This document shows positions 1 to 12,406 of a stretch of DNA of 34,191 nt, piece after piece. Position 1 is the first letter of the stretch. Every line of letters starts with the position of its first letter. Source of the DNA: Octopus bimaculoides. Its lineage: Eukaryota. The notes under the pieces were generated by a model that saw only the letters and a list, made by a program, of their open reading frames with translations, was not told the DNA's origin and did not search any database. The stretch is from positions 33,673,157-33,707,347 of the forward strand of contig NC_068983.1 of the NCBI RefSeq assembly GCF_001194135.2. Reading direction: 5' to 3'. The position numbers and the translations under genes were made by a program.

Positions 1-213
<213 letters not shown>

Positions 214-344
214 ATTTTACTTACCTCAGTGGCGTTAGCTGTAGTTGAGATTACAAACATAATTTGTGGGGAATTTTATATAAAATAGGGTGGGTTGAAA
301 TTAGGCAGGGTTGTTGATAGTCATATTCTATTAATATTTAAATG

Positions 345-1300
345 CCTAATTTCTGTCGTATGCTTCCACTACACTACTGCGCGCTGCTCTGTGTGCCTTA
401 CCTAGAGGTATGTGCTATACTGTGTTTTAGTTTTGTTATTTTCACTAGAGCGAATGTGACCTACGTATAATATGTCTGCAGTGCCAAGCAGTATTGTTCT
501 TTGTATGTTACGTATATTTGTAAGTCCTGAAGTTGCAGTTAAGTAGTTTTTTGCATGTTTTTGGATCAATCCTAAAGTACCAAACTATTATAGGGATTAT
601 CTTTATTTTGAGATACTATTTGTTCAAAGATTTTTACATTAAGATAATCCCTGTGTCTCTTTCGGAGATGCATTATCATCTCATGGGGCTTATACGTTAT
701 TTCAGAAGCAGTCCATTTAGTGGTGGATCTTACAACAATATCTCATTGGTTAGCCATGATCTCCCTGTTTAAGTGTATATATCTGTTTTCTTTCGATAAT
801 TACATAAGCTGGTATAACTTTTAGTATATGTTAGTCCTAACTCTTTCATTTCTGGGTGTATTCTTACTTGGTTAGGACTGGTCACTGATAGACAATGTAA
901 AAAATAAAATAAATGCGCCCCTTTTAAAGCCTAGCCAGGCACATGGGCCCGGTTTCGCGGTTTCAATGGCGTATGTGTTCCCCAGCTGGACGGGACTCCA
1001 GTCCATCGCAGCATTACTCATTTTTGCCAGCTGAGTGGACTGGAGCAACGCAAAATGAAGTGTTTTGCTCATGAACACAACGCGTCGCTCGGTCCCGGAA
1101 TCGAAACAACAATCTTACGATCATAATACTGACATCCTAACCACTAAGCCACGCGCCTCCACAGATAGACAATGTGCCTACTTTATATTTTAATTCATTG
1201 CCACATATTCTGCATTTTGTGCATTCTGCTTCTCTATATGCTTTTGGTGCTTTTTGTCAAGTAAAATTTTGGTCTCCGACTGCAGTCTAGAAGCATTATT
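345..1300 (-). mobile_element. Decayed C-terminal part of a Dong/R4-like retrotransposon (zinc knuckle, restriction-like endonuclease, 3' UTR), interrupted by a SINE at 899-1163
   Basis: Manual minus-strand translation across stops and frameshifts gives, in order: KCRICGNE, HIVYQ*PVLTK*EY, IHLNREIMANQ*DIVVR (PD motif region), CF*NNV*AP*DDNASPKETQGLS*CKNL, KIIPIIVGTLGLIQKH, GLTNIRNIQRTILLGTADIL. This matches the motif order of RLE-type elements. Confidence 0.8.
899..1163 (-). mobile_element. Full-length tRNA-derived SINE (group 1) with 12-bp target-site duplication
   Basis: Head GTGGAGGCGCGTGGCTTAGTGGTTAGG (A box) and GTTTCGATTCC (B box); AT-rich tail; GATAGACAATGT duplicated at 887-898 and 1164-1175. 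Confidence 0.9.
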
Positions 1301-1414
1301 ATTATATAAACATTATCTTGAAATCTGGTAACAAAACGTTTCTTCTAATCTAAAGAATCTTTTATAATATTCGTGTCGAATAGAGGATGACACTATCTGC
1401 ATCTCGACAATGCG

Positions 1415-1553
1415 AATTTCAGTTCCGTCGAGTTTGACTTCGCCTTTCATCTTATCGGGGTCGATGAAATAAATACCGGTTGGACACTGGGGTCAATTTA
1501 ATTGACTTACACCTCCCCCAAATTGCTGGGCTTGTGCCAAAATTTGAAACCAC
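1415..1553 (+). mobile_element. 5'-truncated, diverged SINE (group 2)
   Basis: gagtttgacttcgcctttcatcttatcggggtcgatgaaataaataccggtt matches the core of the copies at 9915-10145 and 29856-30277. Confidence 0.75.
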
Positions 1554-1874
1554 TGCTATTAATAGTAGCAGTATTGCTCCTACGATGTAGACTTATTTTG
1601 CTAATATCGTTACGTTAACCGGAAATGTAATAGTTGTTGATATTACATAGATCTATGTTTACCTGCCTACGGCTTGTGATGTTGATATTCACATTAGTTG
1701 TTATATGAATTTATGCTTCAGAGTCTATTATTTTTATTCCAAATGTCATTCATTGAACAAATCTTATTAGAAACCAGCCCAACCATCACTAAGTAAAAAC
1801 ATGAAAAAAAATATAAGCAACAAATAAACAGGGAATGGTTTAACAATATATTGAAAATATTCTAGAACACATAG

Positions 1875-2030
1875 ATTATATATATATATGAGCGCACGCA
1901 CATATGTATACACACTCACACGCACACACACACACACACACACACGTATGCATATACATATGTAGGCATTATACATATCTTTACGTATATACATACGTAA
2001 ATAAACATGTATGCATTTATACATACATAC
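1875..2030. repeat. (TA)/(CA) compound microsatellite
   Basis: Directly visible. Confidence 0.9.
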
Positions 2031-2269
2031 ATGGTAAAACACAAAACAGGATATATTTGAAATATCACCAGTACTATTTATTCAATATTTGTCTTCAACA
2101 CCTGCAATGATATTTAAGTTTCATATTTTCTCGGTATAGAAAATGGCATCTTTTGAGGTTTCTGCTTTGAGATCTTTAAGTAATTACAAATATAAGAATT
2201 AACCTTCTTTTTCTCTGTGAGGGAAACATCTTGTCATTGACACGAACAGTGGAACAGAATACGAAGTTG

Positions 2270-2465
2270 TTTTCGTTGCTGCTGCTGTTGTTGTTGTTGC
2301 TGTTGTTCAGCTTCTTCTTCTTCTTCTTCTTCTTCTTCTTCTTCTTCTTCTTCTTCTTCTTCTTCTTCTTCTTCTTCTTCTTCTTCTTCTTCTTCTTCTT
2401 CTTCTTCTTCTTCTTCTTCTTCTTCTTCAGTTTCTTCGTCTTCCTCCTCCCCTGCTGCTCCTCCT
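2270..2465 (+). repeat. (CTG/TTG) then long pure (CTT)n microsatellite
   Basis: Directly visible; explains the poly-L/poly-F ORF 2231-2548. Confidence 0.97.
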
Positions 2466-2479
2466 CCTCTTACTTATGT

Positions 2480-3570
2480 CTTCTGTATTTCTTAAATGAC
2501 AACAACTCCTCTATGTCTTATGTATTTTTCACGAAAAACATTTGCTGAAATTGTTTCGTCTTGTTTCACAATACTGGCATTTCAATATCATTCTCATCAA
2601 ATCAGTCTTGGTATTTACGTTCTATTTTCCAGTCGGGATACATGCAAAGTGTCTCGGAATTCGATCCAGTTGTCCTGAATATAGAGATCTGAATCTTGCA
2701 TTGTTACTAATGAGAGCATTAGTGTATCCTCAAGCACACAATGCTTATCTTTGGACCTGGGTTAATGGAGATTCAGAAGAGATTTCAATAATTAGCCTTG
2801 AAGTTGACTGCCGTTCCTAATTTTGAGTTTTCACTTGACTGTCATTAGGCAGTGATCCGCATAGATTTGGCAACGCATATGTCGTACCGAACTTTCTGAT
2901 AACAAAGGATGCTGACAATCAAGTGTCAGTGATTAGCGCGTAGGCGCATCTAAGATGTACGGTTCCTTAAAGGGAGTTTAAAAGTGGTGCTTGTCAGAAG
3001 TGAATGGTTCACGGTGCAAAAATGATGGAGCAAAAGTTTGCCATCAATATTGTAGTTGTTTATTCCATTAGTTACTAACACATTCCACCATGTTCTCCGA
3101 TATGTTTCGACCTGGCCATTGAAGTCGCCTAACAATACGAGTTTTGTCTTTTTTGTGGGAATGGTGGAAATTAGTAATGATTGGTCTTCGTAGGAATTAA
3201 CTTTGGATGTTTGATAAATGCTTATTGAGGGGACATGGCAACTTACAAGGTCGAGAAAATTCTGTTGGTAGTCTCAGAATCTTACGTTAATCATTTATGG
3301 ATTTTTTGAAATCTTTTGCAAAGCAGTTTTACATTAGAAAAGCAAAAACAGATTCCCGCTTGTCATATTTATCCTTCCTTGACGAGTAGAATGTGTAGCC
3401 TGCCCCATTTTCCTTCTGCTGCCCAGTCTTGTTTATCATGAAGGGCTGATCTACTTGCAGTTCTATCTACTTTGTTGCTACCAAGCAAAGCGTGTATATT
3501 CCATCCACCAAGCATCAGTGACATATGTTGTTGCTTAATATTTCGACGGCAAGAATTGAATTCCGTCGTC
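2480..3570 (-). mobile_element. Decayed RTE/BovB-clade LINE: APE endonuclease plus linker, truncated before the RT; likely 5' UTR continues to at least ~3950
   Basis: Minus-strand motifs in order: LMLGGWNIHALL (APE N-terminus), ENGAGYTFY, LGDFNGQV...NGINNYNIDGKLLL...LLTSTTFKLPLRNRTS*M...H*HLI, DHCLM, DNWIEFRDTLH, RKYQD*FDEND. Many stops and frameshifts. Confidence 0.88.
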
Positions 3571-4256
3571 AACCATGTTCTACCGAGCAGGAAGGAATGA
3601 AGTAGTAACGTTTGAGGACGTCTTTTCTAGTTTCTTTCTCGTTCTAGGGAGGTGGGCGTTGTGTTCCTGAATAGGGCCGCTCAGACATCAAAGAATCTGC
3701 AGGAGTTCAGCACCGTCTCGTTTGCCAAGCTACAAGCTAATATTAACATGAGCCTCCTAGAATGGTGATTGCGACTGAAAGCTTTCAGCTTTCCAGATTT
3801 GTTATCGCTGACCCTACATCGCCACAGAATATCCAAAGAAGAAAAAAAACTGTACTGAATTCAGTAATAGTTTTCAGGTGAAGTACAACTGTACAGCAAC
3901 TACTACTCTCTCGTCATGCTCTTCTAGTACCCAGTAGCAAGGTAGAATCATGATAAATGAGAAGTGCCGGATGCAGGAGCTGCCAGATTGAGAAATCGTT
4001 TTACTGTCTGCAGGCGCCTCAAAATTGATTTTCTTTTAGGGTTGATCTCCTTGTCTTATGCTTAAATATGTGCAATTTGGTAAGTAGCAGACATTTTATA
4101 ACAACGTATGTACTTTCCAATGAGAAGAGCTAGCCAAGGTTATTTGATGCAGATCAAGTTGCATGTGTTACACCAGAGTCTTCCTTCTAGAGAGATGTTA
4201 AAACAAAGGGTAGTATTCTTTCATGCCAAGCTAAAGGACGATCGTTTTCTCCATTC

Positions 4257-4310
4257 GCCCTTTGACAAGCTTTGTGTTTCGTACTACAGGGTGTCCTCAT
4301 CAGGAAAAAC
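4257..4310 (-). ncRNA. Degenerate type-I hammerhead ribozyme-like motif
   Basis: CTGATGA-ggac(accctgta)gtac-GAAA-cacaaagcttGTC. Core boxes intact, stem II has one mismatch, 3-bp stem III, weak stem I (mostly G-U). Confidence 0.45.
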
Positions 4311-4393
4311 TCTCCTCATCAAGCAGAATTGTTAGAGTTGCTTGTTTAGTGTCTGGCCGTCCGACCATACGACTGGTTGCACGGGATGAGTTG

Positions 4394-4463
4394 TATATGC
4401 ATATGCATATGTTTGTGTGTCTGTATATGTACATATGTGTGTGTGTGTGTGCGTATGTGGATG

Positions 4464-4512
<49 letters not shown>

Positions 4513-4524
4513 GATATGTCTGTG

Positions 4525-4566
<42 letters not shown>
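4394..4566. repeat. (TG)/(TA) compound microsatellite
   Basis: Directly visible. Confidence 0.95.
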
Positions 4567-4568
<2 letters not shown>

Positions 4569-5096
4569 GCATACATGCATATGGATATGCGTGTGGTGTT
4601 TTCGTACCTGCGTATATGTTGGTATATAGAATAAACTTGTAAACTTGTCGTAGCCTTCCAATGAAATGTGCATTTAAATGAAATATATAGTAAGGGTGGC
4701 GGCGATAGAAATGACCACAGACCTTGAAAGGAGTGCCAAAGAAAACAAGGACCTGTCCGAAAACTGAACCCATTACAAGTATAATTCCAAAGAATTTTTA
4801 AAACCATAATTGAATCATGCTTTACAAATATATAATTTACACAGTTTTATTTCCGATTTTTGTTTGATGCGTTTGATTTTGCTCGTTTACCTGTGTTGTA
4901 TCAAATCAGTATTCATACACACATAGACAAGAATATTAAAAATACGAAAAAATACGATTATTACTCGGCATTGCATTGATCAAGTTTACTAATCATTGAT
5001 ATTTTATGATCTATCTTAGCTATTTATTCCTATATAACATCTATTTCGAATAAATTCCTATCACGTTTTCATACATTTGTATACATCTTTCGAAAA

Positions 5097-5164
5097 GTAC
5101 CTACCTACCTACATACATACATACATACATACAGACATACATACCTACCTACATACCTACCGAC

Positions 5165-5223
<59 letters not shown>

Positions 5224-5280
5224 CGTATGTATCTGTCTGTCTTTCGATCTATCGATCTCTCATGGATCTATGTATACATA

Positions 5281-5318
<38 letters not shown>
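5097..5318. repeat. (TACA)/(CTAT)/(TAT) compound microsatellite
   Basis: Directly visible. Confidence 0.95.
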
Positions 5319-5320
<2 letters not shown>

Positions 5321-5492
5321 ACTTCTTAAACTGTTACTTCTTTGCATAATTGCTATTACTGCTTTGAGATTTTTTCACTCTCACATCGTTAACATAGAGT
5401 TTCGTTAACCTTATACTTCATGAATATATTGTACACACACACACATGCATATTTTATATTTGTATATCTATGTGTGTGTGTGTGTGCGTGTA

Positions 5493-5530
<38 letters not shown>

Positions 5531-5540
5531 NNNNNNNNNN
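5531..5540. other. Assembly gap after a (TG)n run
   Basis: 10 N. Confidence 1.
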
Positions 5541-6557
5541 TACCAATATTATGACGTGTAGATTTTCATCTATTTTCCTGGAATTGAAGTAAAAGAGAAA
5601 AAAAAAATCGCTAACGATATCATTAAAGAGACAATCACTGTTTATTAGAATCAGGCGGTAAAAAATCAGGGGTGCGAATCCCTTCGAGTTCTGTTTGCAT
5701 ACTGGTGTCAGTTAAGTTGCTTAACCAAAAATTTGAAATGTGGAATATACTTTTATATCCACATGGAATTTTAGTGAGTGAAATATAAGAACTTGAACTT
5801 CTTAAACTTTTCCACAATGGAACTTATCTTTTGTTCAGTTAGATTAACATTGTGGTTATAAATTTAACAGGAATTTTACTGTCACACTGGGGCGCCCACG
5901 ACCATTATCTTGTCATAAATTCTTTAAATAAAAGGTCCACCTATTTATGAAAGTGAGTGGACAATGGGCTTTGTGATGTTTGTGCTTCCGCTATCATAAT
6001 AAACCTCACAGAAATGAAGTGTCTTTGTCTCTTCAATTGACAGTCTCAAACACTTCCCAACCTCGGATCCCCGTGAGCATACTGTCAATTTAATGCTGTT
6101 CACAATAATCACATGAAACGATATCATTGTCTTTGATATCTCATCATTAATTCCCTATCATCAGTAAAATATATTTACATGAATTACTTCCCCTTTGATG
6201 AAATATATTTTTTCTATTCATTTACCTTATTTTGTTATTTCTCTAACGTCGAGTAAAGTGATGCAAAGCATATATTGATTCAGTTGTCATTAAAAAAAAT
6301 GTATTTTACCAATATAACCAGAAATAGAAGAATGTGTGAAAAATAGAAAACAAAAGGTAAAAATAATAATAAACTGAATAAATCCAGATCAAACGATCGA
6401 ATATGTTCTAAATTTGGATCGGAATTAATCAGAGTTATAATGGATTTCCAAAGCAAACAAGAATAACAATAACCGCTATAAAGAGCAAAAGAAAAAAAAA
6501 TGGAAATTACAAATATACAACTGAAAATAATACGAACCGCAAGACTAATAACAAGCA

Positions 6558-6611
<54 letters not shown>

Positions 6612-6692
6612 GAAGATCATGATTATGATGATGATGATGGTGATGATGACTATGATAGTAATGATAATGGTAATGATAATCATAATAATAAT
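6558..6692. repeat. (CTA)n then degenerate (GAT/AAT)n microsatellite
   Basis: Directly visible. Confidence 0.95.
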
Positions 6693-6866
6693 TCCTGTTT
6701 TCCACGAGAGGGCTACAAATGAGAGAACATTACAACTCACTCAACTAAACAACCTTTCATAAACGCAAATGATTCAAAGTTCTACTCTGTAGTCATATAA
6801 ATATCATTCAAAATAGCAAGGCATGCTCCCTCTCCTTACCACCACCACCATATATATATATATACA

Positions 6867-6912
<46 letters not shown>

Positions 6913-7009
6913 GATGAGTGTGTGTGTATACAGATACATAGGTATAGATATAAATATAGATATAGATGGATGATAAACTGATAGAAACATTAATAGATAT
7001 CTATATACA

Positions 7010-7170
7010 CATCGGGGGTCCCACGCAGTTTGCTTCAAGCAAATTAACTGATAATACATTAGTTTGATGGAAGCTATAGTAGAAGACTCACGTAGAAGGC
7101 GCCACGCAGTGGGACTGAACCTGAAATTCTGTGTCTTCTAAACGAATGTAATCGCGCAACCATAGCTCTG
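7010..7170 (-). mobile_element. Diverged SINE head (group 3) with its (TA)-rich tract at 6850-7010
   Basis: gctatagtagaagac...gccacgcagtgggactgaacc is the reverse complement of the heads at 31638 and 34001. Confidence 0.6.
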
Positions 7171-8229
7171 CCTAAAAGAAAACTTATTCTCATTCTATCT
7201 CTTAGAAACTCCAGCAAAATCTTCCACCAATCATACGTGGCTAACTTCTAAATGAGAAGGAGAAATTACATTCGCTTACTCCTAAAACAGACGGCATACT
7301 ATAGTCCTTTATAGTTCATTAAATAGTTCAGGATGAAAATGGTAGTATAGAAACGGCAGGACGGAATCGGTCTACAGTGTCATATCTAATCTGAGATTAA
7401 GACGATGCAGCAGCAACCGAGGGTTGAGAGTTCAAAATAGCAAGCAAATATACCTCAATTTACATCCTACGTCATTCTGAACAATTGTATTCATTGATAT
7501 TCAAAAGTTTGTGTTCATCATGACCAGAAAGATGCCCATCATCCTATCGTTAAACGTTAAACAAACACATATACGACTACGGCAATGATAACACCGGAAA
7601 GGTGAAAGATATTTCGACTGCCATAAACTATGTACTTATTTTACAGTAACAAATTTTGCTTCGTTTCTCACATAGTCTCAATGCTACTAAATTGTTAAGG
7701 CAAGGAAAGTGGATTATATTGAAACTTGCATTTGGTTGGTATTTATTTTATTAATCCCTGGGAGAATAAATCGTAATGTTGACACTGGCATTTGAAATTA
7801 GAACTTAAAATGATGGAAGCCAACTGTTGTATGATATTTTATACTTTCTACTGATTACGCCTTTTCTGACTGTACCGTTATTAATTTGATTTTCAAATTT
7901 TCACATTAGAACACATACATAAATTTTTAGGTAAAGGTACTAAGAATGTTAGAATCAGAACAAAATACGTTGTGATACAGAGGCCAATAACTGTACTGTA
8001 AATTTGAAAGATATTCATAGATGAGAAAGAAGCTCATAAATTTCTTTTTTGTTTTTTTTTGGTTTTGGACAGGATCGACATTGTTTTCATAAGTATCGAT
8101 ATATTACTGATCTTACACTTCGTCACAACGCTGCAAATCTTTGAGAAACGAGTAAGACATGTTGAATTGACCTCTCCAAAAGATATCAAGTACTTAATTT
8201 TTTTTTTACTGATGGAATTGATCACGAAG

Positions 8230-8660
8230 CGTATATTAGTGTTGTGGGATGTTGGCAGTGACAGAAAACAAGTGGTGAGGAAAGGAACTGTAACAACATA
8301 GGAACTGTAACAGAAGTATTGAACTTGACCTTGAGATGTGACCAGGCTCTTGTACTAAATACGCTACTTTATGTAGTTAGTATGGTGTTGACTAAAGTGG
8401 GAGACGACAATAAAGGAGAGAAAGGAAGGAAGGCGAGAAGGCAAGCAGAAGTCGTAGAAGAGTACAACAGAATTGGTTGGAAAACAGAGTTGTGGGCGGT
8501 ACAAGTTGAATGTAAAGAACATTCAAGGCTTCCTTTTAAGAAGTGGTGTTGAACTTTGGGCGTGGTTGGACGTAAGATGGAAGGATGGGCGAGGAGCATT
8601 CGTTTCGCAGCAGGGGTTGATTTATAAGGGATAGTATAGAAGTAAGCAAAGAACATTAGT
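8230..8660 (+). mobile_element. Possible decayed restriction-like endonuclease C-terminus of a Hero/NeSL-type non-LTR element
   Basis: LTLRCDQAL...VVSMVLTKVGDDNKGEKGRKARRQAEVVEEYNRIGWKTELWAVQVECK...TLGVVGRK resembles the remembered pattern LRPDIVL...ELTVPWE...ERKxxKY.ELVEE...GW....PVEVGCRG. Catalytic residues are altered; alignment by eye. Confidence 0.5.
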
Positions 8661-9832
8661 GACGTACTTTGTAGAACATCTCAATACAATACCGATAACC
8701 AGAGAGATGGCCTAAATATCGATGGGGCCTTGTGCATCATTGGTAATCCTTCAGTGTTGACAGCAAGGGACTTTACTGTTGATATTTTATTTAATTTTTC
8801 TTTAGAAGTATGAATCCAGGAAACTAGAGGAAAGACATTCAGTTGGTCTACCTGTCGAAAAAGTTGTAGTAACGACGCTCTACCAATCCTGAAATAATAT
8901 ATTATGAAGTTCTTCTCTATAGGAACTCTGTCGTCTGAAAGTAGCATGAAAATCTCTCCCAATTCTCACACTTTAATTATCGTTTATTCAAATTAGGTAG
9001 AATAAATTTGATAATGAGGTAAAATGCCTTGCAAGATTGGATAGTTAAAGTTAAAGGGCCTTTGATCGTAGGTTTACTCGAACGTGGCTGAGCAAGGGTT
9101 TAACAACAACAACAAATAGAACTACTCTAATATTAATCATAAGTTCTTCCATACTAACAACTGCAATAGTCATTTCTCACAATATTCTCTTAAGGCATTG
9201 AACATCAATACACATGTAATCAAGAATTTGAAGTAGGAGAAAAATACCCAGTAGTCCACTCTTTATTTCCAATGTAAAGACGCAATGTATACAGCTATTT
9301 AATTATTCTCCTAGCTCTCACATTTTCACGCTCTCTCTCTCTAACCTTTCTCCCTGTCTTTCATCCATTCACTATTTCACGCAGTGTCTCTCACTTTATC
9401 TTTCTCTAATGAATTACAGCTAGGGGTGAAAGGAAGAATGGTTTGCGGAATGAATGCAATATGTTATTGATTGTAACAACAAAAAACAACCAACTGCTTG
9501 ACATTACTGATCAATAATGTGAGACTCACTCGCCCACATAAACATGGGCCTGTTTATGACGTAGAGACTTTCAGACGTAGAGACTAAGACACAAACTTAC
9601 ACATAAACGCACACCTCAAAGTAAATATGCGTTTAGGTTTATGCATAAAACATCAATCTACAATTGCTGGGCAGCACACACACTCACAGACACTCTCACA
9701 GACACACCCACCCACGCAAAGGCGTGTGTGTGTGAGTGTGTGTGTGTAAGTGTGTCTGTGTGTATGTATATACAAACATGCATATATAGGTATGTACCAA
9801 CACAAACAAACATACACACACAAATACACACA

Positions 9833-9879
<47 letters not shown>

Positions 9880-9914
9880 ATATATATATATATATATGTA
9901 TATGTACGTATTTA

Positions 9915-10145
9915 GAGTAGCGAGCTGGCAGAAACGTTAGCACACCAGGCGAAACACTGAGCGTTATTTCGTCTGTCTTTACGTTGTGAGTCCAAATTCC
10001 GCCGAGGTCGACTTTACCTTTCATCCTTTCGGGGTCGATTAAAGAAGTACCAGTTACGCACTGTGGTCGATGTAATCACCTTAATCCCTCTGTCTGTCCT
10101 TGTTTGTCCCCTCTATGTTTAGCCCCCTGTGGGCAATGAAGAAAC
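9915..10145 (+). mobile_element. Near full-length SINE (group 2) between microsatellites
   Basis: gagctggcagaaacgttagcac...gagtccaaattccgccgaggtcgactttacctttcatcctttcggggtcgat...gtgggcaatgaagaaac; near-identical reverse complement at 30044-30277. Confidence 0.9.
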
Positions 10146-10189
10146 ATATATATATACATATACGTCTTTGGCTTTAATATATGTACGTA

Positions 10190-10227
<38 letters not shown>

Positions 10228-11119
10228 TGTATGTGTGTATATATACGTGCATATATATATATATGTATGTATACATGCGCATGTATGTTTGTATATATAT
10301 ATGTATATAAGATATTTAATTGCATTTATACATGTGTGTTTATTCGAAATTGTTTATATTCCTGTGAAGAATGTGACCGTATGGGGATGTGTATGTATAT
10401 ATGAAAAATCATATTTACGCACACACCGTTATATACGTGTGTGCGCATGTGCGTGTGTGAGTGTGTGTTTGTGTGGTTGAGTCTGTATGTCTACCTGAGT
10501 ATGTATGTTGTGAATATATTTATACAACGTAAACGTATGCGTTCTATGTGAATTTATATATTCTTATAATCGCATGTGTGCATATATGCTTACTTATATG
10601 CTTGTGTGTGAATGTGTATATGATTGATTCATATGTTGTATATCTGTTGATGGATGACTGACGAAAATTACTGAAGTTTGTAACAATTACTTTCATGTTT
10701 CTGTGTTGGTTCCAAATTTCATTAATTAGTATTACATTAATTATTATTATTTATTGTTCTTATGCTTCTGTTGATTCTATTTCTGCTTTTTGATAACTAA
10801 CCCTCCAATGGCGAAAAATATAGTGGAATACAAACACGGTGATTTTATTCTAGCTACGCTTTTTGTTTTCGTTGTATTGTTAAATTTATTTCGTGGTTTA
10901 GTCTCACGATAAATTTGGTGGAATAGACGTGTAAGTTAACGACATTCCAGTCGTGACTATTTAATTTGTTTTATAGAAATATCTAGGATTACCATTATTG
11001 TGTATTTTGAAACATCCTCCTCCTCTCCAGGACAAACATTACTGTCTCGAGTCCTATGACACATAAGACTTGTAACTGGTTTCCATGCCAGATAAATGAT
11101 CAGAAATTCTACAGTTTTA

Positions 11120-11275
11120 CTAAACGGGACACCGGTTCATCGCAGGGTTACACATTTAGATCTGAGCAGACTGGCACAATGTGAAATGAACAACTTTGCT
11201 CAAGAAAACAACTCGTCTCCTAGTCCAGTAGTGGAATATATGATCTTCCGATCGCTTTTGCAATAACATAACAAC
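11120..11275 (-). mobile_element. Diverged SINE (group 1)
   Basis: catcgcagggttac...gactggcacaatgtgaaatgaacaactttgctcaagaaaacaactcg aligns with 1003-1130. Confidence 0.6.
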
Positions 11276-11334
11276 TAGCACATGTGGTTATATTATTTTG
11301 AACGGTTCATGGTTGTCAGTTAAAGATCTGGAGT

Positions 11335-11538
11335 GGGGGTGTTTGTATCTCTGGCCCTAGTGTCGCTTGACAACAGGTGTTGGTGTGTTTACATCTCTCC
11401 ACTTAAGTGGGTCGGCAAAGTATACTGATAAAATAAGTATTAGACCTTGAAAAAAATAATCCTGGGGTCGATTCATTAGACTAAAAGTTTTTCAAGGTGC
11501 TGCTCCAGTATGCCCGCAGTCTGATGACTAAAACAAGT
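11335..11538 (+). mobile_element. 3' module of the composite SINE (group 3)
   Basis: tcgcttgacaacaggtgttggtgtgtttac...cctggggtcgattcattagactaa...gctccagtatgcccgcagtc aligns with 31830-31975 and the reverse complement of 29420-29610. Confidence 0.75.
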
Positions 11539-11568
11539 AACATATAGCATATGTATATATATATATAT

Positions 11569-11606
<38 letters not shown>

Positions 11607-12352
11607 GCATACACATATATATGTATATGTATGCAAATGTATGTGTGTGTGTGTGCATGTGTGTACATGCGTACGTTCATACTATACGTACATAGACATA
11701 TATGGGACGATTCCAATTTCAATTATACGGTATACAACCGGAATTTAGAATTCCAGAAGTATCCTTATAGCTCAAACGAGTAAACTGAGAAAAGAATCCG
11801 TGTATTCTAATTCACGTTTTCATTCATAGTCAGAAAGATTACAAACTCACCGCCAAACCGATGAATTTGTTCACGAACTGTTTTTCTTCCGTCATCTTAC
11901 ATATGTCTCAATAATAATAGTATCCCTTGTTGGAAGAATCTTATAAACGGATTATATGTAATTATATCATGTCTTATGCCCATTATAAATCTTAAAGTTT
12001 ATTTAAGTTCGCTCTGTAGTCTTTAGGGATGTGATAATCTTATACAATTTTATCCCGTTTGTACACGATATTGTTAATTATTATGAGTAGGTAGTTGTAA
12101 GTAAATAATTAACGACCTCTTCATTTTTGTCCCGTTTGTTTGTCTGTTTGCCTGTTCTGTCTGTCTATCACTGTCTCCCTCCCCACTCTCTTTCTATCCT
12201 TGTGTTCAGCCAATTACCACTTGACAAAGATTTGCACACTTTAGCAATTTTATCATATACTGTTTAAATATGAGATCGGTGCATTTTCGTGATGTAGGAA
12301 GAACGACACGATGTAAGTAGCATGTGAAGAGTAACGACGCTGGTAGTCGTAT

Positions 12353-12406
<54 letters not shown>

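Noticed and set aside
1085-1160. tRNA-like segments here and at 9917, 18416 and 34001
   Set aside because: A and B boxes continue into SINE bodies; no complete cloverleaf, so not tRNA genes
8806-8892. Plus-strand acceptor with KYESRK...YQS-stop, and overlapping minus-strand 37-nt candidate 8852-8888 (LVERRYYNFFD)
   Set aside because: Mutually overlapping, short, no homology or phase-linked partner; consistent with chance
9040-9115. Short fragments resembling another interspersed repeat (also ~10930, ~13440, 28860-29090)
   Set aside because: Too diverged to delimit or classify by eye
9537-9585. 8-bp hairpin followed by a 12-bp direct repeat (gacgtagagact)
   Set aside because: Too short to exceed chance in AT-rich DNA
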